From the NCBI RefSeq assembly GCF_964355755.1, contig NC_092675.1:2537812-2601811 (forward strand): a DNA stretch of 64,000 nucleotides. The letters are read 5' to 3'. Of this stretch, positions 40,062 through 50,764 are shown one piece after another. Each line of letters opens with the position of its first letter. Positions within the stretch are counted from its first letter, which is position 1. The position numbers and the translations under genes are program-made. The notes beneath the pieces were generated by a model. The model did no database searches and was not told the DNA's origin. It was given only the letters and a program-made list of their open reading frames with translations. Source of the stretch: Antedon mediterranea. Taxonomy: Eukaryota > Animalia > Echinodermata.

Positions 40062-41260
40062 CTGGGGAGAACAATTAAAGAAATAATAATTAATAACATG
40101 GCTAACATGCGTGAAAATATGAATTCCAAGTTTAGAAACTGTACAAGATTTCCAAGTAACACATGAGATGTAACATTGGCGGATCCGGGAAATTGAAAAT
40201 ATGAATATCTGGGATAAGCTTACCGGTTTGAAAGCTGATATTAACTCAATCTTTATCATTGATTGTATTGTTGTTACTAATCTGTAACTATTTATTTCTA
40301 CTTCATTTACAATTTTCGTACATCATGAGCAATACAAAGTTTAAAAAAAATGTGCGATGAGAAATCTTTAAAAAATGTGTTTTTTAACAAAATATTATTC
40401 ATCATCATATAAAAACAATTATGTAAACTCAAACCTACCATTCCTTCAATAACTTTTCCAAATACAACGTGTTTGCCATCAAGCCATTTAGCACTGTTCA
40501 ATAAGATGAAGAATTGTGAGTTGTTTGTGTCTGTTCCAGCGTTAGCCATTGATACCCATCCTGGTCCCCAATGCCTCAAGTTGAAGTTCTCGTCGGCGAA
40601 ATATTCTCCGTAGATGCTTCGTCCTGTAAATGATAGATTCAAATGTTTATATTATATTCAATATATTGATTATTAAGTTTAAAATATCATGCGACCATGT
40701 GATTAAAGACATCTTTCTGATGAGTGTATTAGATTAACAAATTTGAACCAATCAAAATTACCTCCTGTGCCGTCTCCGCTTGTGATGTCACCCATCTGGA
40801 GTACGAAGTCCGGTACAACACGGTGGATGATTGTGTTCTTGTAGCTCATACTTTTCTGAAATTAAAAACATTATAAAATTGAATTACCTAGATGTACAGA
40901 AATAAACGTGGTGAAATCGAGTCAAAGACATCGAAGATTACAAGCGATCAAGGCTTTAGTAAGATAGCAGTTGAAATTAATACTCACATCATTTCTCCAT
41001 CCTCCTCTTGCTAAGGCAGCAAAGTTCTGTACTGTAACTGGGCATGTCTCACCGAAAAGTGCAATAACGAATCGGCCAATTGGCTCGTCATCAATCTCAA
41101 TATCAAAGAACACTTTCTTGGTTACAAGTAAATCGTTGGTTCTGTCGCGGTCTGTATCTTCCCATGGTTTATGTTTTCTTGCTTTACGTTTCTTAGCATC
41201 CACAGAAAGGAATGATGCCACCAGGCAGAGAATTACGCAAATGTAAAGTGTTAACTTCAT
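39888..41260 (-). CDS. PPIB: Secretory-pathway cyclophilin (PPIase B/C-like), copy B, 241 aa
   Basis: Exons 41260-40988, 40855-40762, 40623-40439, 40061-39888 (TAG); same intron positions as copy A. Confidence 0.93.
40439..40623 (-). CDS. PPIB: Cyclophilin B-copy coding exon 3
   Basis: Nucleotide-identical to copy A exon 3. Confidence 0.95.
40762..40855 (-). CDS. PPIB: Cyclophilin B-copy coding exon 2
   Basis: [31 protein letters not shown]. Confidence 0.93.
40988..41260 (-). CDS. PPIB: Cyclophilin B-copy coding exon 1
   Basis: [22 protein letters not shown]...RGGWRND; GTGAGT donor. Confidence 0.93.
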
Positions 41261-41485
41261 GATCTATGAAAAAAAAAATAATGTTAACGATGTCAACAAG
41301 GTCTTCGACTTTGTGGTTTTAATTGCACATTTAAACATTCTAACATTTAGTTTCGAAAAGTTATGCAAACTAGAAAGGATAATTTCTGACGCAAGCGTTT
41401 TCCACAATTTTCATCCTGTTGATGGAGTAGGCCTGCCTACTCACTGCTTCCTTGGGCTCGAATCTAACCCTAGCCACCATTGCAA

Positions 41486-41556
41486 GCTCGGTGGTCTAGA
41501 GGTATGGACGTTAGGCTAGCCCGTGGGTTCGAGTCGACCCACCCGAGACAGTTTTT
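41486..41556 (+). pseudogene. tRNA(Pro)-like pseudogene or SINE head
   Basis: GCTCGGTGGTCTAGAGGTATG resembles the eukaryotic tRNA-Pro 5' arm; B-box GGTTCGAGTC, CTCGG/CCGAG stem, TTTTT terminator; anticodon arm degenerate. Confidence 0.5.
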
Positions 41557-41674
41557 ACGACAGAGTATGACAACAAATCTGACCAAACTAGAAATATTGA
41601 TACAAATTACAACTACGGCGGTAGGCCAAGTAATATAATAGTGAAACTATAGTAAAGTAACTGACTGCTGACTG

Positions 41675-42511
41675 ATTTTGTAGATATTTATTGCAAGTTG
41701 GAAAAAATGCACCAAATGCCGCTGTTACTTCTGAGTTAGGTAGATTACCACTTTCTGTGGATTGTTTAGTTACAGTTATAAGATTTTGGTTACATATTAT
41801 TACTTTAGATCATGACAGATTCATTTTTAAGTGTTATGAGTTTCAACTTAGAAAAGTTAACCGTAATGAGAATTGTTGGGCACAACAGGTCAAACACTTA
41901 CTCTTTTCTACTGGTTTTGGTTATATATGGTTACAACAATATGTTAATAGTAAAGGTTTATTTTTGAGAGAATTTAAGTTGCGCTTATGTGATATTGAAA
42001 AACAAAAATGCATTCAAAAATTTAGTTTACATAATAAGTTAAGGCTCTTTTCTCTTTATAAAAAAGAAATATGTTTAAGTTATCACTTGACCAACATCAT
42101 TAATTTTAAACAAAGAAGATTATTAACTAAGTTACGTTTAGGGATATTAGAGCTAGAAATTGAAAAGGGCAGATGGGAGGGTGTAGAAAGATATAAGAGA
42201 ACGTGTAAATTATGTAAAAAGAACATTGTTGAGGATGAATATCATTTTATTTTGCAATGCACATTTTACAATGATTTAAGAAAAAGTTTTATTCCAAGAT
42301 TTATTCGTGTTTTTCCTTCTATTAATAAGCTTTGTTTATTACTTTCCAACACAAATTTTACTTATAATTTAGGAAAATACGTCTACTTTGCCTTTGAAAG
42401 AAGAAACCATTATCTTAAGTTATAGTTAATTTTTATTTGTTTGTATTAGGGCCAAAGGCCAATATACTTTGAACCAATAAATTCCCTGAAAAGGGAAAGA
42501 AGTATGAAGTA
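41675..42511 (+). mobile_element. 5'-truncated LINE (RTE-X/CR1-group-like) ORF2 C-terminus in the 5'-UTR intron of cyclophilin copy B
   Basis: Uninterrupted ORF 41691-42425 with ELGRLPL, LEIEKGRW and CKLC-x6-DEYHFILQC; AATAAA 42476-42481, (GAAGTAT)2 tail, candidate TSD TGACTG at 41669-41674 and 42512-42517. Confidence 0.85.
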
Positions 42512-42603
42512 TGACTGCAAAAGACGTTTCTAAACTGAAATGCACTATCTGAAAAATAATGGTTAGTCTAAATAACAAGAAGAAAATAAAATCGCTTTGG
42601 TAT

Positions 42604-42760
42604 ACTTACGATATAGCCTATGTTACTTCAATCAGTTCTGATTCAAAATGTGATGCCAATACAATTTCATAGCCGGTATTTATATAGTAGATCGTGACTC
42701 GCTGTCCAACGACGGCTCTAAAAGCTGTCGCATTTGCCAACACGACATACTACACGTAAT
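42604..42760 (-). promoter_or_regulatory. Cyclophilin copy B promoter and non-coding first exon (donor at 42608-42609)
   Basis: TATAAATA at 42677-42684, Inr-like TCACATT about 30 bp downstream, GTAAGT donor; homologous to 34921-35080. Confidence 0.7.
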
Positions 42761-43490
42761 GTAAGGCCTAGATGTGTACATATCGTGGGGATTTGTGTCA
42801 TGTATAAGCAGACCTTTGTAACAAAATCTATAATTACAAACGGGATAATGAATCCCTTTTGTTATGCTTAGAGTTTATTGTTTGAAGGTGAAATTGTAGA
42901 TTGAAACTAGACCTAGTCATATTATTTCTTTTCATCTAAGAAAATAGACTATATTTATGTACATGAAAAATGTTAAAATATTAGTAGTAGTTGTAATTTT
43001 CGTAATTGTACGACAGACTAAAAACCACTTTATTTTCTATATATGTTTTGAGAAACAAACCTTCTTCAACACTTCTTAATAACGAAACAATTTGAACAGT
43101 TACTGGAAAAAACGTATCTACCATGATGAAATGTGTATTTTTGTTGCGAAAACCACATTAAGAAAAGTAGTTGTTTGCAGTAGTTGAATTTAATATTCAT
43201 TATACATATTATATATATTTTCTTTAATTGAAGAGGCCTAGAGTGAACATTTATTTTTTTCCTAAAAATTGAATGCCTTCTTCCAATATGGATTGATTGT
43301 TGGATTTCGTTAGGAAGGTAATGACGAACGTTAAATCGGCCAAATTTCGTCTATCGTTACTTTTTACGTTTCCCTATGAATACAATTATGAATATGATAC
43401 GTTTATGAACATTTGAGACGCGAAAAAACAACTTATTATAGTACAGTAACTTTAGTATTATCATTGGCGGTGTGTATTACGTAACAAACC

Positions 43491-43806
43491 AAACCATTTT
43501 TATACTAGGACGATAACGATCGACGATAACGATCAACGATAACGATCAACGATAACGATCAACGATAACGATCGACGATAACTAGATAACAGTGCATTTT
43601 TCATACATACACACAATAAAGAAATCGTGATTGATCACTTTGCCATGTTATATTTACCCACAAAAAAAGCTAGTATGAAAACCTTTCAAATATCTTTCGT
43701 TTTATCATGCAGATAGTCTGGTCTCTATTGTTTTGTGTAAGAAAAATTTAAAATCTCTTTGTCGTCGTTCGTTATATCGTTCGTATTAATAAAAGAAACG
43801 GGCCTT
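43491..43806. mobile_element. Degenerate MITE with 13-bp tandem (ACGATAACGATC[A/G]) x about 5.6 at 43510-43582
   Basis: Tandem visible; inverse TCGTT motifs near 43765-43785. Confidence 0.5.
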
Positions 43807-43956
43807 TACCGCTTTTAGATTTACATTTTCCAATTCTAAAAACAGAAATATGAAGCGGTGTTAGATTTTAAAAAGAAATTTCTGAGAAATACGAACAGCG
43901 GTTGACGGCAAGCAATGTTATATAAATAATGTTAAACTAGAAGCATGGGGAAACCG

Positions 43957-44110
43957 GTTAGATCAAGACACAACTTTGCGCTGATTACTAGCTGCATTAT
44001 GAGAGTATATCTCCATACTCTATGGTTTGATCCAAAGAAATGAGGGGTAATAATGTTCTTAGAGGTTTAACAACATTAGGCGCTATATAAATCAGGATAT
44101 TATTATTATT
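43957..44110 (+). mobile_element. 5'-truncated SINE (3' half of family at 58299-58583)
   Basis: GTTAGATCAAGACACAACTTTGCGCTGATTACTAGCTGCATTATG...AGGCGCTATATAAAT plus (TAT)n tail. Confidence 0.8.
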
Positions 44111-44501
44111 AATATTACGACGAAAATGTTCAATATTTCGGCGACAACAGACTCATCTACTACTCGGCTTTGTTTTCGTCAAGGGGTATCCCTGAGTTTC
44201 ATTACCCATTGTCTAAAATGATTATTTACAGGTCCTTAGAACGTGGCAGGTAACACATTGCCTATCTTGTCTACGTATCATCTCGTGGCAAACTCGAAAC
44301 AATTATTACGAGTCATTGTGTGAAGTAACAAATGATTACCAATTGGGGATATAATTTATTAGTTTAAAATAACTAATTAAGGTTAGTAATTACTGATCAC
44401 TGGTTTAATAGGCAACAACATGTTGCAAGCGCACACGTGTTATAAGGATAACACGCACTGTTATGTAACATAAAAAATACAACATTCAATGATGACGTGA
44501 G

Positions 44502-44578
44502 GGGCCGAGTTGACGTAGGGCCGAGTTGACTAGGGGCCGACTTGACTTCAGCCGAGACGGTTTAAGGGCCGAGTTGGA
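44502..44578. repeat. GGGCCGAGTTGAC short tandem cluster, probable transposon subterminal repeat
   Basis: 4-5 imperfect copies at about 16-17 bp spacing. Confidence 0.65.
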
Positions 44579-45357
44579 TCGAATTCTTTTGATATCACTT
44601 GGATCTTTCTTCAAAGACAAATTACTGTAAAAAGGACTGGTAATAAATCAAAAAGCTAAAAGTAGTGGAGCTGTATCTTGGTGGTTTAGTGTGCTTCGGT
44701 CCTGCTAGTGCCAGAGTTTATAACTCACGATTCTCCCTACTCCACTCCGTAAGCCTCAAATGAAGACTTTGGATTTGTCCGACGAAAATGAGAAAAGGAT
44801 AAACAAATATTTAGTCATATCAGTTGAGTTGCAGTACGTGTGTTGATCTACCGATTGTTTTCATTGCAATATTAACCTTTCAAGTAAGTATTTACGCACA
44901 CCGAACCATCAATGTTACATTCTATACTTGGAAATACTTTAGTGTATTTTTCGTTTAAAAAAAAGAATCTTAGAAGAAAGCAAGCAAACAAAATTATTCT
45001 CAGACATACTAGCGTAAAGATTTGCTTTTATTCCACAAAATACAACCTAACATACGATACAATATTTTGTAGTAAATACACATTAACTTATTCAAAATAC
45101 ATAAATATAAGTTTTAGGTATAACTAAGTTCATTGAAGGCTGATTTATATTTAAATTCACAAGTTTGCACCATTTATTATAATATATACTAGCACAGGTA
45201 ATGTATAACATGTATTTTTTTAAACCAAATAGCGGACACGGCAAACATGTGACCAGTAATTACTGTATGAACGCAATGTAATAAACGTTTACTAAATATA
45301 ATAACGAAATAGCAAAACGATTCTACAGCCGAAATAATAGAGTATACCCCTTCCTTT

Positions 45358-45937
45358 GGGACACCCCTATTCAGTGGACACCCTGTTAAGAAGGTCACTT
45401 TACAATGGAACGAACAAGGACCAACACTACGGCCAATCAGGGACACCCCTATTCAGTGGACACCCTGTTAAGAAGGTCACTTTACAATGGAACGAACAAG
45501 GACCAACACTACGGCCAATCAGGGACACCCCTATTCAGTGGACACCCTGTTAAGAAGGTCACTTTACAATGGAACGAACAAGGACCAACACTACGGCCAA
45601 TCAGGGACACCCCTATTCAGTGGACACCCTGTTAAGAAGGTCACTTTACAATGGAACGAACAAGGACCAACACTACGGCCAATCAGGGACACCCCTATTC
45701 AGTGGACACCCTGTTAAGAAGGTCACTTTACAATGGAACGAACAAGGACCAACACTACGGCCAATCAGGGACACCCCTATTCAGTGGACACCCTGTTAAG
45801 AAGGTCACTTTACAATGGAACGAACAAGGACCAACACTACGGCCAATCAGGGACACCCCTATTCAGTGGACACCCTGTTAAGAAGGTCACTTTACAATGG
45901 AACGAACAAGGACCAACACTACGGCCAATCAGGGACA
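45358..45937. repeat. 82-bp minisatellite, 7 identical copies, inside a Tc1/pogo-like MITE (about 45340-45998)
   Basis: Units start at 45358, 45440, 45522, 45604, 45686, 45768 and 45850. Confidence 0.97.
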
Positions 45938-46200
45938 GCCTTATAAAGTGGACACTTTGTGGGTCGCGATGGTGTCCCCTTAATAATAGGTAATCACATC
46001 ACTTAGAAAATATCTAATCTTACATCTCCTTGCTTTCAACATACATGGTTTACAAAACACTATTAGCATAACTTAGAACTAAATACATTTTAAAGCAAGA
46101 TCTAAGTATCTTTTCAGATTTGTTTTTAAATAATTGAAGAATAAGCAACACAATATGCATTGAAGAATACCAAAATAAATGAATGAATAAGAAATATAAG

Positions 46201-46656
46201 TTGAGAAATGAGGTAATGAGAAATAAGGTAATGATGAATAAGCTATGAGAATGAAGAATAAGTTCATGAGGAATAAGGTAATGATGAATAGGTTCATGAG
46301 GAATAAGGTAATAAGGAATAAGGTAATGAGAAATAAGGTAATGATGAATAAACTATGAGAATGAAGAATAAGTTCATGAGGAATAAGGTAATGATGAATA
46401 GGTTCATGAGGAATATGGTAATGAGGAATAGGTAATGAGAAATAAGGTAATGATGAATAAGTTCATGAGGAATAAGGTTTTGAGAAATAAGGTAATGATG
46501 AATAAGTTCATGAGGAATAAGGTAATAAGAAATAAGGCAATGAGGAATAAGGTAATGCGAAATAAGGTAATGATGAATAAGTTCATGAGGAATAAGGTAA
46601 TGAGAAATTAGGTAATGAGAAATAAGGTAATGATAAATAAGTTCATGAGGAATAAG
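46201..46656. repeat. Purine-rich 15-bp-based satellite (ATGAGGAATAAGGTA variants)
   Basis: Visible degenerate array with higher-order blocks. Confidence 0.9.
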
Positions 46657-48800
46657 CATATTTTATTTATTGGATGAAACCACTAATGCTTGTCAAACAC
46701 TATGCTGTTATTGCAACTTTTAATAGGCCTATAAAATAAAAATTCATATTACACTATGTTGCTACTATGCTAAAGCAGGCTTTGGGAATGTTATTTAAAT
46801 ATTTGTAAGTTTTGTTATATGTTATTTTATATAATTAACATTATAAAATCAAAATTTTTAAAAATGCATTACCTACTTTAAGTTATTCTTACTTGTATAC
46901 AAGTTTATAACTTAAGTTTGCACATTTACTTTTGTGCATTTTTGTCAACTTATGTTTATATGTCAGGTCAACATTTATAAAGCAATTAATGTTTAAAATA
47001 TGTTAATTTGCTAATGCTATTGAGCTTATAAAAGAGCATACATTTTATAATTATCTGTCAAAAACCCTAATAACATAATTCAAGAATCAACTTTTCTTTT
47101 TAATTTCTTTTTTGCATTCTATAAATTTACCACTAAAAAAAATAATATGTGTTTTAACAGAAATGGATGCACCCGTCATTAAATTATTAATCAAACAATG
47201 TTTAGGGTTCATAAATATTGATCATATATATAAATTGTTTTTAATAATATTTAGTTTTGATTTTAAAAATATAGTTTATTTTAATTAATTAAATTGACAT
47301 ACTCTATAATAAGCAATTTGTTAAATAGCAATCACAAAATGGAGAGAGATATTACTTATCTAAAATTTAGAATTTTGGGTTAAAAGACATTTTGTTTGCA
47401 CTTGGCACACATTATTAAGTCTCAGATAGGGTTAGTAAAGAATCGGTTTTATTAAACAATCCTTTCTATAAATGAAAAATAAATTGAACATAACTTTACA
47501 CAAATAATTTGGAAAAGGTTATATTAAATAAATACAAAGAAAAAAAAACATGGCAAACATAAGCCAAAAAAAAAAGAAAGAAAATAATACAGTATATACA
47601 AATATGATGAAAAGGCACCTGAGAAATACAGTAAGTAAAAGTAGGTTTCCTTGGTCCAGTCAATGAAGATATCCAAAATTGATTTAGCCTGCTGCTGGAA
47701 TTTCTACATACAGTACATGTTTTGGATTTCAAAATCTAGCATTTTCTAGTGCAGTTACTCTGCATGCATGTTCTAATCTCTCCTATGTTTGTATATAAAT
47801 TGGAAAGATTCACAATATATCTGGGGAAGCAGGTTAATAATGAATTTACTAAACAATTCTTCATACTGTATATAGCTTTATACTCTAAACCCAGTATCAT
47901 AGACAAAGTCTGTGATACAGTGCCACATTTGCATCACATGTAAGTCTGTATCATGTCACATGTAATGCTGCATTTACCCTAACTTAAAACCCTAAAACTA
48001 ATTCCATGATATAAAATTCACATGTGAAGCTGTATCATAAGTCTAACCTTAACATAATACAGATGCCACATGTGATACACATGGGACACTGTATTACAGA
48101 ATGTGCCTATGATACTGGCCATAGAATGCTATATGTGAAGATACAGTACAGAGAATTACATGAAATCATACACATTAGTTATTCTATTGATACATCTCTG
48201 CAAGAACATTACCGTATTTAAACGTACTACCAAAGGGGTGTAACAAAAACATACTAATAATGACACTATAAACAAAATACTGTATTACGCAAATAAATTA
48301 ATAATTCCTGATAGAGGACAATGACCTCATCACATTGCACTACACAAGATGTCACTGGCCGTGACATCTTCTACATTTGTAATGATCTGGTGACACCATA
48401 TAAAGATGGTCACTAACATCATCTACATCATTGCCATCAAATGGCAGCTACTGCACGTTGCCTTCTAAATATAAAAAACTTTTCTTGAAAAATAGATTAG
48501 CAATAGGGTTCTGACGAACTAATTTTAGTTTTAAGTACCAACCTTACAATGTATTTAAAAACCTAAACATTTAAATATTTTTGTATTAGTAATGCAATAA
48601 CATCAAATCACTAAACAATACACATCATATACAACATTCACTTTGTTTTGTGTTTCTCAGAGCAACTATTAACTGTCCTTGCCTTGAACAGATAGAGAAT
48701 GTTATACTGAACTTTAAAGCACTTATACAGTGAGAACATTCAGTTATATAGCATAATAAAAATAATGATAAAAATAACATTAGTATGATAATCTGCATAA

Positions 48801-49024
48801 AGCTCGGTTCCCACAAGCAACGTAACGCAATCTACGCAATGCAAGAAAATGCCCTTCCAATAGTCGTGTTTGCCCTCGCCTGTTTGAAATCAAACCTGCG
48901 ATATTCGCAGCACTGTTGCGTCGTCGGTTCCCACTTGTGATTATGCAATACTGCACTTTGCGCCAATATGTTGTTGCGTTGAGTCGATACGTTTTTGCGT
49001 TGCATTGCTAGTGGAAACCACTCT
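48801..49024. mobile_element. Harbinger-like MITE, longer subfamily; inverted relative to 61270-61553
   Basis: AGCTCGGTTCCCAC terminus; internal GCAGCACTGTTGCGTCGTCGGTTCCCACTTGTGATTA shared with the 61270 copy. Confidence 0.75.
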
Positions 49025-49848
49025 TTAACTGTTCACACAGTTTTCGATTTGTGACGAACGATGACCAATGAGTATGTAGTGTTTTATGCAATGTGTGCAT
49101 GCTGGGATATTAGGATGTTTCCTTGCCCCTTTTACCTCGACAGAGCATTGATAATTTCTAGGACCAGGCAACCGCCGACGACACATTGATTGGCCTAGGT
49201 AAGTCGTCGATCGTCGCAAATCAAAAGCTCAACTGAACTGCTGTAAGCATGAAAGGTTTTCAATTGCTACAGATTGGAATAGCTACCTATGAATAGATTC
49301 ATCCTATTCTATAAAAAAACATTGGCAAGATCATTGAGTTTAAGCTAAACAACCAAAAACTTACAAATTAGTGAAATGGTCAAGTTAATCAAGGTAAAAT
49401 ACATAAAAGGCAGGCTTTGTACGGATACATGACTAGCTTTGGCTACTAGATTAGTAGAAAACATCCAAATATACTGCTCAGACTGTAATCTGTATCTTAC
49501 CTACAGTATAGCTCACTGGTAAGAAAATGACAACACTTTCTATCAGTTGAATCTCAAGAAAATGATAATTAACATTTGTAGCTTCAGCTACTCATGGTAG
49601 ATTTGCTAGTGTCCATTAAACATATACCAAGTGGTTTTTACTAATCCACTGTTTGTTCAGACACTATCTATAGCACTAATCAACTCTAATGTACCAAACT
49701 ATTACAACCATTGGCCTATTCCTTAACTTAATACATTCAAGGTTTACCAAGGCATAACAATGTCTACAAAATATATAAAATACATAGTTTTGACCATAAC
49801 AAACTGGCTCCATACATTATCATAAGAATTGACTTTAAACTTGATGTA

Positions 49849-49998
49849 CAGCGCCTAGACCATGGAAGATAAAATGCCTAGATTATGAAAGTCTAAATAC
49901 AGTATCTACTGTACATGGCTGTTTGTCATACAACCGAAAAACTTGTGAGCATGTGCATATGTTGGATACGCTCTAATAATTCCATAGTCTAGGGGCTG
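49849..49998. mobile_element. Tc1/mariner-like MITE
   Basis: TA|CAGCGCCTAGACCATGGAA ... TTCCATAGTCTAGGGGCTG|TA. Confidence 0.65.
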
Positions 49999-50025
49999 TA
50001 CAGTACAATTAAAAGCTTCCTATTA

Positions 50026-50138
50026 AGCTTGATTCCCACGCAAAACAGTAAATTGACCAATCACAATTTGATGGACCATCCAAACTGTTGCTTGTGATTG
50101 GTCAACTCACTTTTTTGCATTGCAGTGAGAACCAAGCT
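50026..50138. mobile_element. Harbinger-like MITE, AGCTTGGTTCCCAC family
   Basis: TTA duplication, imperfect TIRs, TTGACCAATCACAA / TTGTGATTGGTCAA. Confidence 0.75.
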
Positions 50139-50704
50139 TTATCACTAAATTCTCTTTTGCAACTCTTTTTCTTTTCTGTTAGCACTTTAAATTTGGAATG
50201 CTACAAAATTTTCTTACACAACAAAACATGTAAAATATTCTCTCTTTTTAAATATTTACAATAGAAACTAAATATGGCACCGTTCAAGATAATGACATCA
50301 TATAACAATTAGTTTTGATTGGTCAAAATAGAATAAATATTTATGAAATGTATGGTAAAAGTAGTTCATGAAACATGAAGACATAATTTGTTAATTAAAA
50401 CGATCAGATGAAGATGAAATAATGTAATAAAATTTATCCCAATATTACTTTCGTTTGAGCTGAAGCACCCAAAATAAATATCATAATAGGACTCACTTTT
50501 GAATTATCATTAAAACTATGTTGTAAATTTTTAAAAAAGGTTACTTAACACAATAGCAAAGCACCTAGGTTGATGATTAAAGATGAAGTACAAGTTATCT
50601 TGTCTCTTGGTTAAAGGCCATATTAGGTAATATTGAGATTATAAATTAACCTTGAATAAATTATTTTAAATGTTAAGAAAGTACCTCGACGTTTTCATCA
50701 GGTA

Positions 50705-50764
50705 TCAACATCTTACATTTGAGTTTGCATTACTTTCTATCACTTGCGATGAATTTGTTTCATT
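50705..50764 (-). CDS. ARRDC3: ARRDC last coding exon
   Basis: TTTTATTTTACAG acceptor, NETNSSQVIESNANSNVRC*, phase 0 fits; little sequence conservation available to confirm it. Confidence 0.6.
   Translation of the reverse strand, partial: NETNSSQVIESNANSNVRC

Noticed and set aside
32423-41260. Cyclophilin pair as a haplotype duplication artefact
   Set aside because: Introns, exon 2, C-termini and inserted elements differ far more than alleles would
41691-42425. 244-aa ORF as a host gene
   Set aside because: Intronless, 5'-truncated LINE ORF2 C-terminus with a retrotransposon-type tail
45356-45993. Repeated 76-aa ORFs
   Set aside because: Translation artefacts of the 82-bp tandem repeat
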